DNA of 36,031 bases, taken from IMG/VR virus record IMGVR_UViG_3300025119_000013, positions 1 through 36,031 of that record, one strand, 5' to 3'. A program made the position numbers and the translations under genes. Source of the DNA: a virus (Duplodnaviria > Caudoviricetes). The notes below the pieces were generated by a model, which was given only the letters and a program-made list of their open reading frames with translations, ran no database searches and was not told the origin of the DNA. Shown here piece after piece: positions 23,513 through 32,525 of this stretch (position 1 is its first letter; every line of letters starts with the position of its first letter).

Positions 23513-25527
23513 TAGTCACTCCCGCGAAGCATCGCGTACCGCGCGTGCGCGTAGACTGAACATGCCAGATGGTTCCCCAATGTTGCCACCAGGGGTTCGT
23601 TGTCCCAATTCGACGAGTAGTGGAGCATGAGGAAGTACAGCCGGGTCTTGACACCGATGTTCTTGAAGTCGGGGAGCCGGTTGTAGCGCCCCCACTCTTC
23701 GACCGGGATGAGATTGGAGCCGACCACGAGCTGCTTCAAGGATCGGTTCGCCAGCACCCCTCCGTCGATGTCTAGGGCGCAGCCCCCACGAAGCGCCGAG
23801 CTGCCACTGTCGCTATCAGTCACAGGATCGTCCACCGCCAGACCACCGCCCTCGTGGACCGGCATGAGGAAGACATCGTAGAGACGCATGGTGGCGCTTC
23901 CGCTCACCCTCTCGACGTAGACCTTCAGGATCAGGTCGACCGAGGCCAGGGAGTCGGAGTTGTATGCTCGAGAGAAGGGGAGCTGAAGCAGTGCCGCCTC
24001 GTCTGCCGATCCCATGATGAGAACTTCCGGCCCGTTGTCCGCTCCCAGGGTGGGGACAGAGTCGCCGACAAAGACATGGGGGTCGTCGGAGGCGCTTCCT
24101 CCCAGATAGACCTCGACCCCGACCTTGCAGTCTCCCGCGGCCCCGCCGATCTGCTGGCATCGGACCATCACCGTGTATTCGCCAGGCGCGTAGGATGATA
24201 AGATGTCATCCCCCGTCAGCGTCGCGCGGACGACCGATGTAGCCTCCGTGGCGAAGCTCACCGCGCAGTGGGCCCGGCCGGGTGCAGCGTTGTCGGCCAC
24301 CGCAGAACTATCCGTCCCGTAGGCCGTCGACCAGGCTGCTGGATTGTCTGCATTCCCCAGATTCAAGACGGGCTCGAACGAGGAGGCGGGATCGGACTTC
24401 GCACCAATCAGGATCCGCGATAGGTTCGCCTTACCCACGGTCGCGCCCCCGCCCGAGGGAGCAAAGAGCCGGATGAGCGTTGTCTGCGGACTGTCCCCCT
24501 TGAGGGACGCGGCCGGGATCTCGACATAGTTCTTCCGCTGGGAGTAGATCGCGTCCCCGTTCTTCTGGGGCATCGTCGCCCCCGAAGTGAAGGCCGTCAC
24601 GCGGATCCTCAGTGGGTATCCCGTCACGCCATTCACAGCCACCGTGGCCCAGTTGGCCTTCGGGAAGAGGTTGATCCCCACCAGGCCGGTCGCGGCGAAT
24701 AGATCGTCCAGGGTTGTGAGTTCTCCCCCGCCCTGCTTGAAGATGGTGTAATCCGTCCCGAGAGTCAGCGCGGTGTTGTAGTCCGCTCCGTTGTAGTACT
24801 CAAGCACAAGGTCCCAATTCTGGTTGCCCGCCTGCGCCAGCGCGAGATAGACGTGCTTGAAAGCAATGTCGGTGGAGATGAAATAGAGCGCGTCGTTTGC
24901 TGCAGGGACGGTCGGCCACAGCGCCGTACCAGTCGCGGCCGAGATCAGGTTCGACCCGAATACCCCCCCGTCGTCCAGGAAGACGTGCGTCAAGTTCCCA
25001 TCGTCCCGGAAGTTCGCAATGTGGACGATCGTCGGACTTGCCGGCCCGTCCGAAGCCGTGAGCGTTGAGGCTGTCGGGAGAGTGTTGGGAGCAGCCGAGC
25101 GCCAGGGGTGTTCCCGGACGACGGTCATGGACAGGCCCTCGATCATGGCCTCCAGCTCGAAGGGGTGGTCGAACAGGTCGGGATGCGCGAGGTCCCGGAC
25201 CTCATGGATCATGGCGTAGCGGGTGTTGGACTCTCCCGTGGTCTGGACCTGGATGTAGATCGGCTTTGTCCTCCACGGCTCCTCTTGGAACTCCGCCGCG
25301 TGTCTCGCCAGCTTCGTCAGGATCTGCACCTGGGAAGCGACATGGTTGTGGCTCGTCCCGCGCAGGTTGAACTTCCACTCCTCCGTGATCGCGCCCGGGA
25401 GGATGGGGATGTCCCTCTGGCCGAACCCGCCCTTCTGCGCCACGATGCCCGAAGCAGATAGGTCGATGAGGTTGACCGCGTTCGCAGCGCCAGTCCCGCC
25501 GTTGGTGATTGTGAACGTCCGCGCCAT
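23512..25527 (-). CDS. Distal-tail (Dit)-like protein, enlarged with inserted beta-rich domains
   Basis: Directly follows the tape measure gene; 671 aa, beta-rich. Confidence 0.6.
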   Translation of the reverse strand: MARTFTITNGGTGAANAVNLIDLSASGIVAQKGGFGQRDIPILPGAITEEWKFNLRGTSHNHVASQVQILTKLARHAAEFQEEPWRTKPIYIQVQTTGESNTRYAMIHEVRDLAHPDLFDHPFELEAMIEGLSMTVVREHPWRSAAPNTLPTASTLTASDGPASPTIVHIANFRDDGNLTHVFLDDGGVFGSNLISAATGTALWPTVPAANDALYFISTDIAFKHVYLALAQAGNQNWDLVLEYYNGADYNTALTLGTDYTIFKQGGGELTTLDDLFAATGLVGINLFPKANWATVAVNGVTGYPLRIRVTAFTSGATMPQKNGDAIYSQRKNYVEIPAASLKGDSPQTTLIRLFAPSGGGATVGKANLSRILIGAKSDPASSFEPVLNLGNADNPAAWSTAYGTDSSAVADNAAPGRAHCAVSFATEATSVVRATLTGDDILSSYAPGEYTVMVRCQQIGGAAGDCKVGVEVYLGGSASDDPHVFVGDSVPTLGADNGPEVLIMGSADEAALLQLPFSRAYNSDSLASVDLILKVYVERVSGSATMRLYDVFLMPVHEGGGLAVDDPVTDSDSGSSALRGGCALDIDGGVLANRSLKQLVVGSNLIPVEEWGRYNRLPDFKNIGVKTRLYFLMLHYSSNWDNEPLVATLGNHLACSVYAHARYAMLRGSD

Positions 25528-27017
25528 CAGCTTCTCCGTGCCCGCTGTTCGAACTTCTCGAGCAGGTCTTCGCCACCGCCCATGCCACTGGCATTGAAGT
25601 TGAAGGTCCGATTGTCGTTGGTCGTGCTCTGAGGAATGACGACGACGCGCTCTCCCGACGACGCAAGAACTGGGAACGTATCGTTCGGGAAACCGGGAGG
25701 TACGACCATATCAAGGCCATGTTGGCCACCCGGAGGAGTTCCGCTATATTCATAGGAGATCTTTACAATGATCTCACGCGGGATGTCCATGATGTTTTTC
25801 TTCGTATCTTCGGCCAATTTCTTAGCATCGGCCAAGGAGATGTTCAATGTAGAGGCAATATTCTTGGCGGCATCATTGGCGGTGATGTTCCCTAGTTGAA
25901 CCTCGAGGTTCTGTTCGGCGGCAAAAAGCCCACCAAGCATCTGCATTCCCTCTTCCTCTGTGATTTCTTGGGCCGAAACAGCATCCTTGATAGCTTGCGC
26001 GGCAATCTGGAACTGTGCACCGCCAGCCGCTTTGAATTGAAGATCTTCTATCATCTGGCCGATTTCCGAACCTACACTTGGATCGATCGCGTCGAACAGA
26101 CTCTTGAACTTGGGCGCGGCATCGCCCGCGGCATTTCCTGCCGATCCGATACCGTCAGCGGCACCGCCAAGACTATCAGCCAGTCCTTGCCAACGGGCTG
26201 TCTCGGTAGCGTTGCGTGCCTCTTCTGCCATGATCTCTTCCGCTCGGGCAAGAGCTTCAACCTTTGGCGTGCCATCTTCTAATAGCCCTTCGATAATGCG
26301 CCATTCCTTCTCGCTCTGATTGAAGGCGAAAGCGACATCATTGAGAACAGGAACAACAGCCAGGCCGATTGTGTTCTTGAGATCAGCCCAGCTATCATTG
26401 AGCATATCCAGTTGAAGCCGCAAGGATTCGGTCTGTGCCAGTTCTTGTTGTGTCACTACCAAGCCGTCCTGAATGGCGGCGGCCGTATTCCTAATGGCTT
26501 TACCGCCTGCCTGCAGCACTGGATCAAGAGCCGCCCAATTCCGTCCGAAAATCTTGGCAGCCGCGGCGGCGCGCTCGGTAGGGCTTTTGATAGAATTGAG
26601 CCGGTCAGCGAGGTCGGCCAAGGAATCGACTGACGGGGCAAATCCGTTCTTAGTTGCGAGCGCGAGGGATGTCTGAACATCCCCCATCGAGATACCGAAA
26701 TCGTCGGCCACCTGAACAATTCGGCTAAAGTCCTCAACAGTTGTTCCCGAGGCTTCAGATGCGTCCGAAATAGCCTTGTTGTAGTCAACTACCGCGCCGA
26801 CCGTTGCATCAAATGCTCTCTTGCCAGCGTACACAGCGATCGTCGCTACGCCTAGAGCAGCGGTAGCCTCAAGGGCGGTAGTCTTCAGTTGTCCGAACGA
26901 GGTGTTCGCCTTCTTCGTCTTGGACGCGGTCTCGTCCAGACCCGCGGCAATGGCCTTGAGTTTCGCCGATGCCTTGTCGTCCGCGGTGATGAGGATCTGG
27001 ATCTTTGATGTAGCCAT
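25527..27017 (-). CDS. Tape measure protein (short, 496 aa)
   Basis: IQILITADDKASAKL N-terminus, ERAAAAAKIFGR, Ala-rich helices, C-terminal VPPGFPNDTFP...SSGERVVV. Confidence 0.85.
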   Translation of the reverse strand: MATSKIQILITADDKASAKLKAIAAGLDETASKTKKANTSFGQLKTTALEATAALGVATIAVYAGKRAFDATVGAVVDYNKAISDASEASGTTVEDFSRIVQVADDFGISMGDVQTSLALATKNGFAPSVDSLADLADRLNSIKSPTERAAAAAKIFGRNWAALDPVLQAGGKAIRNTAAAIQDGLVVTQQELAQTESLRLQLDMLNDSWADLKNTIGLAVVPVLNDVAFAFNQSEKEWRIIEGLLEDGTPKVEALARAEEIMAEEARNATETARWQGLADSLGGAADGIGSAGNAAGDAAPKFKSLFDAIDPSVGSEIGQMIEDLQFKAAGGAQFQIAAQAIKDAVSAQEITEEEGMQMLGGLFAAEQNLEVQLGNITANDAAKNIASTLNISLADAKKLAEDTKKNIMDIPREIIVKISYEYSGTPPGGQHGLDMVVPPGFPNDTFPVLASSGERVVVIPQSTTNDNRTFNFNASGMGGGEDLLEKFEQRARRS

Positions 27018-27039
27018 CCCTTATCGTTTCCTGGCCGCG

Positions 27040-27318
27040 CTAGTGGCCACGGAGAGCTCTAACCATCAGCACCCAGGCCCATGCCTGGGGATTGGACGCG
27101 GAGAACTCCCCCTCGTGTCCGCCGGGGGATTGTTTGTAGGCCGACATCGCATCGTGGACATTGAGGCAGGTGGACATTCTCTCCAGCAGTCCGGACGGCT
27201 GATCCAACAGGCCCCCGGCTTCGGGGAGGGCGCCCCAGCGTCGCGCTTGCCATCCAAGGATCAGCTCTCCTGGCGGCGGCCCTTTGCCCTCGGCGCAGTC
27301 CGCCACCGCCAGGATCAT
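27040..27318 (-). CDS. Tail assembly chaperone, downstream (gpT-like) part
   Basis: WGALPEAGGLLDQP motif; -1 frame relative to the upstream chaperone; ATG overlaps its TGA. Confidence 0.7.
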   Translation of the reverse strand: MILAVADCAEGKGPPPGELILGWQARRWGALPEAGGLLDQPSGLLERMSTCLNVHDAMSAYKQSPGGHEGEFSASNPQAWAWVLMVRALRGH

Positions 27319-27602
27319 TCCGGGGGGATTTCGATCGTCTCCCCAATCAGCTCGTCCAGCTTCTTCCCGATCCAACGCACGGCGGCCGGCTTCATCTCGG
27401 CCACACTTTGCTCTGGAGGCAACAGGATCCCGACCCTGTATGCGGCCCGGACAATGGATCCATGATGCTCGACCGAGGAGAGGCGAATGGCATTCTCCCC
27501 GTCCAACTCGCGCTTGACCTTGAAGAACGCCTCCACATGGCGCTGGCGGATCGGATCAGCGACCTCAAACGACACTCCCAGCTTGGCGTGTTCGAGTTTC
27601 AT
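27315..27602 (-). CDS. Tail assembly chaperone (gpG-like)
   Basis: Between tail tube and TMP; TGATG-coupled start at 27602; ends ATC CCC CCG GAA TGA. Confidence 0.7.
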   Translation of the reverse strand: MKLEHAKLGVSFEVADPIRQRHVEAFFKVKRELDGENAIRLSSVEHHGSIVRAAYRVGILLPPEQSVAEMKPAAVRWIGKKLDELIGETIEIPPE

Positions 27603-28609
27603 CAGGGCACCGTGGTTAGTTCGTTGACCACCTTGATCTCTGCGAAGGCGGCCTCGGTCGCGTTGTACCGGGCCCGGAATGTCCCCGTCAGCACATCGTT
27701 CCCGTTCTCCTCGCCCAGCTTTTCGAACTTCTCCCATCTGCCAGCAAGGTCGATCCGCAGGACCTTCGTGGTGAAGCCGGTGCCGGCCGTCCCCAGGGTG
27801 GAGCCGGGGAAGTTCAGGCGGACGAGCTTCGATGTGCCCGCGCGCCAGGCCGCTTTCTGGTCGCCGCCGTGCGAGTCATGTTCGAAGGTGATGTTCAGCA
27901 GGACCTCGGGCTGGGTGATCTTGGCGAAGGCGAAGTAGAGCTGCCCGTTGGCCGCCATGACTGGAACCCAACCAGTCTTCACACTCAGGTCCATTCCCAG
28001 GAAGGTGTTGGACTTGATCGTCCCGCCGAATGAACCAGACACGGCGTCGACGTACAGGGCGCCCTTGGAGAACAGGACTTCCTCAACCGTCGGGATGGTG
28101 GGGGAGCCAGCGAAGGCGGCCGAGCCGGATTGGCGTGCGGCCCAGGTAGCCTCCATCATCACGGCCTCGCCGCCCTTACCCGTCAGCTTGAAGTCCTGGA
28201 CGAAGGCATACTCCATCCGGTCGGAGTACTGATCGTCCCCGCCGTAGATGGTGTATGTCTTGATCGAGTTCTTCGATGTCTTGGGGAAGGTGTAGGTGTA
28301 GATCTTCCCCGACGCGCCAGCGCCACCGTCCGACGCACCGGTGCCAACCAGCTTCACCCCGGCTTCGAGGATGTGCAGCACCTGCTCAAAGGTCGCTGGC
28401 GTCGATTCCATCGCCAGCAACGCCCCAAGCTGCGGCTGGTAGGAGCGATCGAGCCCCGAGATGTAGCCCACATCCTCCTCGGGGAAGGTCGTGACCCTGG
28501 TGTCCTCGATCGTACCGACCCCGCGCCAGTGGGTCGTCGCGTTGACGGCCGTACCGGACGAGGCCTCGCGCCCGAGGGTGAGCTTGCGTAGACTCTTGAT
28601 TCCTGCCAT
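27602..28609 (-). CDS. Major tail tube protein
   Basis: MAGIKSLRKLTLGREASSGTAV N-terminus, size and position before chaperones and TMP; AAGGAG RBS. Confidence 0.8.
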   Translation of the reverse strand: MAGIKSLRKLTLGREASSGTAVNATTHWRGVGTIEDTRVTTFPEEDVGYISGLDRSYQPQLGALLAMESTPATFEQVLHILEAGVKLVGTGASDGGAGASGKIYTYTFPKTSKNSIKTYTIYGGDDQYSDRMEYAFVQDFKLTGKGGEAVMMEATWAARQSGSAAFAGSPTIPTVEEVLFSKGALYVDAVSGSFGGTIKSNTFLGMDLSVKTGWVPVMAANGQLYFAFAKITQPEVLLNITFEHDSHGGDQKAAWRAGTSKLVRLNFPGSTLGTAGTGFTTKVLRIDLAGRWEKFEKLGEENGNDVLTGTFRARYNATEAAFAEIKVVNELTTVP

Positions 28610-28612
28610 GTC

Positions 28613-28735
28613 CTACTCCTTCGGCCCGTATAGGCCCGATGCGATCAGTCGTTCGTATCCGTACTTCTTGGCTTCCTCGGCCGTCAGGTCCCTGGCCGGA
28701 ACGTCCGGCAGGAACGCGACGCCGACGTAGATCAG
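28613..28735 (-). CDS. Small virion-morphogenesis-region protein (start uncertain)
   Basis: IYVGVAFLPDVPARDLTAEEAKKYG...SGLY; fills the gap exactly. Confidence 0.55.
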   Translation of the reverse strand: MIYVGVAFLPDVPARDLTAEEAKKYGYERLIASGLYGPKE

Positions 28736-29151
28736 CTCACCGCCGACTGGATCTTGACGCCTTGGACGGTGAACTGGATACCCAGCGTCTTCTGTGATCC
28801 CCATTCCATCTCTCCCCACCGGTAACTGATCCGGTCAAAGGTTGAAATCTTCCCGGCCCACTTCGAAGTCAGGTTCGAGAACAGCAAGTTCGGGATGCTG
28901 TCCACGAACGGGATTGCCAGTGCGTAGTCGAACGGCAGATCCTTCCGGGCCACATGGAGCTCGATGATGATGTTGTGCAAACCGGTCTTCAGCCCGGCGG
29001 GTGTCTCAATCCATTCGCCATCCCCCGGATACCCGACAACAAAGGGGAAGTCGTCTGCGCTCTCGGGCGGGTCCGTGGGGGCGAGATTGATCCCCGACAG
29101 GCTCCCGATATAGGTGATGGCCTGAGTGATGGCATCGTCCAGCGTCGCCAT
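28732..29151 (-). CDS. Tail terminator/completion-like protein
   Basis: Position between connector and tail tube; PPES..DFPF motif, alpha/beta pattern. Confidence 0.6.
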   Translation of the reverse strand: MATLDDAITQAITYIGSLSGINLAPTDPPESADDFPFVVGYPGDGEWIETPAGLKTGLHNIIIELHVARKDLPFDYALAIPFVDSIPNLLFSNLTSKWAGKISTFDRISYRWGEMEWGSQKTLGIQFTVQGVKIQSAVS

Positions 29152-29754
29152 CTACCCGGCCCTCTTGACATATGGTTCCAACATGAGTTGCACGTCGGGG
29201 TCGAGCTTGGCGATCTGGATGAGCTGCCCCATCTCCGCATTCCCCGCCACTCCATAGGGGTTGTCCTTGCGGTGGAAGATCCGGATCGACTGGATGATGC
29301 AGGCTTCGCGAATGTCCATCGGCGCCGATGCAGATGTGCCGCTCTGGTAGCCGAACACGCCAGCGATCTTGACGCTCTTGGCGACCTTGACGGGCCAGGC
29401 ATTGTTCCCCTGGGGCGTGACGTGGACCTCCATGTACGGAGCCCCGTTGTAGGGCCACAGGTCATAGTCGGTCGAGGCCCACGAGGTTTCATACGTCCGG
29501 TCCCCATCCTCGTCGGTCGTGATCGTCACGCTTCCCGAGGTCCCCAAGTCGTCGATGTCCAACTTGGCATAATCGACGGGGGTGTAGTACCGAGTCCCCG
29601 AGATCCCGTAGAACCAACGCCGGCAATGCTTGTCGATGCTCCGAGAGACGGCAGTAACCACGCGCTCGATGATGCTGTCCTTGGACGTCCCCATCCCGGA
29701 CGTCAGACCGGCCTTGATCTCGGCCAGCGTGCAGTACCCGTTGACTATGGCCGT
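29152..29754 (-). CDS. Head-tail connector/adaptor (SPP1 gp15/HK97 gp6-like); apparent ACG start
   Basis: AIVNGYCTLAEIKA, AVSRSIDKHCRRWFY, APMDIREACII, LDPDVQLMLEPY. Confidence 0.8.
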   Translation of the reverse strand, partial: TAIVNGYCTLAEIKAGLTSGMGTSKDSIIERVVTAVSRSIDKHCRRWFYGISGTRYYTPVDYAKLDIDDLGTSGSVTITTDEDGDRTYETSWASTDYDLWPYNGAPYMEVHVTPQGNNAWPVKVAKSVKIAGVFGYQSGTSASAPMDIREACIIQSIRIFHRKDNPYGVAGNAEMGQLIQIAKLDPDVQLMLEPYVKRAG

Positions 29755-29758
29755 GGCG

Positions 29759-29959
29759 CTACCCTGACTTCTTCACGCGCCGGGTGCCGGGCTCGGCCTT
29801 GACTTGGATCTTGCTCTCGCCAAGGATCTCGACCGCGCCCTCGACGGCGTAGGCTCGGGCCGTCTTCTCCGGCATGTCAACCACGTCATCGATTTGCAGG
29901 ACCTTCTCGACACTTGCGATGCCCGTCAGGATGCGTACCGTCAGGATGCGTACCTTCAT
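29759..29959 (-). CDS. Small head-module protein
   Basis: AAGGGAG RBS; MKVRILT...DVVDMPEKTARAY; contains a perfect 15-bp tandem duplication at 29923-29952. Confidence 0.7.
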   Translation of the reverse strand: MKVRILTVRILTGIASVEKVLQIDDVVDMPEKTARAYAVEGAVEILGESKIQVKAEPGTRRVKKSG

Positions 29960-29972
29960 GGTTGACTCCCTT

Positions 29973-30005
29973 GGGGGAGGCGATGTGTTGAGCACCGCCT
30001 CCCCC
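29973..30005 (-). terminator. GC-rich stem-loop after the capsid/decoration genes (attenuator or mRNA stabiliser)
   Basis: GGGGGAGGCG ... CGCCTCCCCC 10-bp stem; no U-tract. Confidence 0.5.
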
Positions 30006-30017
30006 TTGGCTATGTGG

Positions 30018-30455
30018 TTAGGCCACGATCACAGGAGCCGTGGTGTACTCCTGCGTCGGAGGCAGCGACCGACTGCCGCGGTAGAGTTGGGCGTGGAGCG
30101 CCACGATCATCACCGACGTGCCCAGGCCGCCGCCGGTCCCGTAGACCTTGACGAACGGCTTGTCCGGGTCGATTGCGGCATCGATGATGAGCCCGATCTT
30201 GTTCGATGCCGTAGAGGCCATCGTTCCGTCTGAGGCGGCGACCTTGGTGTACGTTCCACCAGTGGCCGCCGACTTGTAGACGGTGAGTCGGATGGTGTTC
30301 TTCGTCGCCCCGGTCTGAGCCCCGTGCGTGGCGAAGATCCCGATCCGGTCGAAGCCTGTGCAGTTGACGGCGATGGGCGTTACAGCCGCACTCGTCGCAA
30401 TCGAAAGCGGCGCGCACAGGTTGACGTACTTCGAGTCCTGGTGGAGGCGATGCAT
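30018..30455 (-). CDS. Probable capsid decoration/cement protein
   Basis: 145-aa beta-rich protein immediately after the MCP; GAGGGAGG RBS. Confidence 0.6.
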   Translation of the reverse strand: MHRLHQDSKYVNLCAPLSIATSAAVTPIAVNCTGFDRIGIFATHGAQTGATKNTIRLTVYKSAATGGTYTKVAASDGTMASTASNKIGLIIDAAIDPDKPFVKVYGTGGGLGTSVMIVALHAQLYRGSRSLPPTQEYTTAPVIVA

Positions 30456-30467
30456 GTCAGGCCTCCC

Positions 30468-31583
30468 TCAGCTCGTCAGGATGTGCTTGAAGGCTTCGGC
30501 TTGGAGCACAGCCCCACCGCGCCGGAAGGATGCCAGCAGGCCGACCTGGCCGGTGCCGGCGTACAGCTCGATCAGGCGCTGCACGAACATCCCTTGGCGT
30601 TCGGCGATGGCGTAGAACTCGAAGTTCCCGAACAGGACAGGCTTGGATGCCGTAAGCAGCGCATCCATCTGGCCCGTGATGCCCACCGGGTAGCCCAGGA
30701 TTTCACGGGCTCCGAGGGTTGCGTTCCCCTGCGGCGTCACGGCGAACGCGAACGGGTTGCCCGTCAACGCCCGCAGCGCACCGAGAGTCGCGTTCCGCAT
30801 GAACAGCCAGGACCCGTCGGCATAGAAATCGCCGATGGAATGGACCAGCGAGATCATGTTTGCGGCCGTCAGTGCGTTGGTGCCGGCCGCCGTCACGCCC
30901 AGTCCCGATCCCGCAACGGCACCTTGCGGCTGGTTCGAGCCTGTGCCGGTGAGGAACATGTCGTTCTCCCACTTGGCCTCGGCCCGCGAGAACACGTCCG
31001 CCAGGAACGAGTCTCCGCCGCCCTTGTTGTCCGCCAACCATTCGACGGACGCCTTGACCAGCTTGGTGTTGCGGTGGACCGTGATGATCACCTGGCCCAG
31101 GGTGGGTTCGTTCTCGTCGACCGATCCTTCCTCGGCCGTCCGAACGAACGCGGTGGCCGAGGTCCCTTCCGTCGGGACCAGGATGCGATCCAGGCTCGTC
31201 GGGATGACGGTCACGCCGGCCTGCCGAACCACCGACTTCTCGTCCCGCTTGGCAACGATCCGGGCATAGAAGTCGTCGGGGACCGCGTAGCCACCTTCAT
31301 CATCCGTCTGGCCCTGCATGGCCGCCCGGTAGGCGACCTGATCACCGGTCAACAGGTAGTGCCGGAACGACTTCATCTCGTCGTCCTTGAACCCGCGGTC
31401 GCTGACTTTCTTGATGGCGGGCGCGTACAGCACCCCGCCCTTCTTCGCCGGCTCTTCCGCCATCAGCGCCTTGAGGGCGTCGGTTGCGGCCTTGCCAGCG
31501 ATTGCGGCGACCTGCTCTGCCGTCAGAGCGGCCGTCGGTTCCGGGGCCTTTACGGCCTCGGTCTCTTTCGTTTCGTCAGGCAT
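30468..31583 (-). CDS. Major capsid protein from a probable internal start
   Basis: GGAGG-AACCA-ATG at 31583 in frame within the fusion ORF. Confidence 0.7.
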   Translation of the reverse strand: MPDETKETEAVKAPEPTAALTAEQVAAIAGKAATDALKALMAEEPAKKGGVLYAPAIKKVSDRGFKDDEMKSFRHYLLTGDQVAYRAAMQGQTDDEGGYAVPDDFYARIVAKRDEKSVVRQAGVTVIPTSLDRILVPTEGTSATAFVRTAEEGSVDENEPTLGQVIITVHRNTKLVKASVEWLADNKGGGDSFLADVFSRAEAKWENDMFLTGTGSNQPQGAVAGSGLGVTAAGTNALTAANMISLVHSIGDFYADGSWLFMRNATLGALRALTGNPFAFAVTPQGNATLGAREILGYPVGITGQMDALLTASKPVLFGNFEFYAIAERQGMFVQRLIELYAGTGQVGLLASFRRGGAVLQAEAFKHILTS

Positions 31584-32525
31584 TGGTTCCTCCGTTTTGC
31601 CTTCCGTCTTCGCGTCGACCTCGTGCCGCGCCAGCGCACCCGAGGGTGCATCCGCCAGCGCATCCGGCAGTGGAAGACCGGCCGCGTTGAACAGCATCTT
31701 GATGTGCTCGACCCCAAGCGTGCGCGGTTCTGCCGGGGTCGGGGTAAGCGAGTACTCCACGATGGGCCACCGCTTGATGAGCCCATTCAGCTTCTCGACT
31801 AGGTGGCCGGCGGTGCCGCTTGACCAGCCAAGCAATCCCTTCTCGATCAGGCCCAGGACTTCCTTGGCGTACTGCTTTGACATCTCGATCTGTGCCTCGA
31901 CCCAGACGCCGATCTCGTCCACCGCCTCCTTCGAAGTCTTCCCAAGGGCATGCTTCACCTCGGGCTGCAGCGTGTGGTCGTAAAACACGGGCTTGGACGG
32001 GAGCTCGAATGCTCCCTTGAGGTCCGTGGCCGCATCGAAGTGCTCTCCGGTCAGGTCGATCCCACCGAAGACCACACCGTAGCCGGCCACCGTGGCGATG
32101 CCATCCTTGATCGACTTCACACGCACGCGCGCGGGGATGTGCTTGACCACCCATTCCTTCGAGACCGACTGCCACTCAGACTGCGGCCCGGGCGTGATCG
32201 TCCCGTCATCGGCTTTCGAATAGGGGGCCTTGAAGTAGCCCTCGTCCGAGTGGACGATGACATAGCCCTCATAGACCTCTTCCACCCAGGCGTCGGCCAT
32301 CATGGCCTGGGCGGGCCGAAGCATGTCGTAGAACGCATCCCGCACCAGAGATGTCTGTTCGTCCAGGCTTCCGGTCGCCTTCTCTGATTTGTCCGCCATG
32401 TGATCTCTCCACATCGTGTTGCAGATGGCGACGGCCTGGTCGTTGTCCCGGCCTTCGTCCACCATCATCGGGATACACCGCTCAAGCCAGTGGTCCCGCT
32501 CTTCGCCCTCTTGAATGTCCGGCAT
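30468..32525 (-). CDS. Prohead protease (HK97 S78-like) fused in frame to major capsid protein
   Basis: Protease motifs VAGYGVVFG, FYDH, GWSSG, EYSLTPTPAEPRT; MCP motifs EGGYAVP, GTGSNQPQG, ILGYPV, LFGNF, GQVGLLASFRRGG. Confidence 0.92.
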   Translation of the reverse strand: MPDIQEGEERDHWLERCIPMMVDEGRDNDQAVAICNTMWRDHMADKSEKATGSLDEQTSLVRDAFYDMLRPAQAMMADAWVEEVYEGYVIVHSDEGYFKAPYSKADDGTITPGPQSEWQSVSKEWVVKHIPARVRVKSIKDGIATVAGYGVVFGGIDLTGEHFDAATDLKGAFELPSKPVFYDHTLQPEVKHALGKTSKEAVDEIGVWVEAQIEMSKQYAKEVLGLIEKGLLGWSSGTAGHLVEKLNGLIKRWPIVEYSLTPTPAEPRTLGVEHIKMLFNAAGLPLPDALADAPSGALARHEVDAKTEGKTEEPMPDETKETEAVKAPEPTAALTAEQVAAIAGKAATDALKALMAEEPAKKGGVLYAPAIKKVSDRGFKDDEMKSFRHYLLTGDQVAYRAAMQGQTDDEGGYAVPDDFYARIVAKRDEKSVVRQAGVTVIPTSLDRILVPTEGTSATAFVRTAEEGSVDENEPTLGQVIITVHRNTKLVKASVEWLADNKGGGDSFLADVFSRAEAKWENDMFLTGTGSNQPQGAVAGSGLGVTAAGTNALTAANMISLVHSIGDFYADGSWLFMRNATLGALRALTGNPFAFAVTPQGNATLGAREILGYPVGITGQMDALLTASKPVLFGNFEFYAIAERQGMFVQRLIELYAGTGQVGLLASFRRGGAVLQAEAFKHILTS

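Noticed and set aside
30324-31802. 492-aa plus-strand ORF
   Set aside because: Antisense shadow of the capsid gene, expected with high GC3; no motifs or RBS
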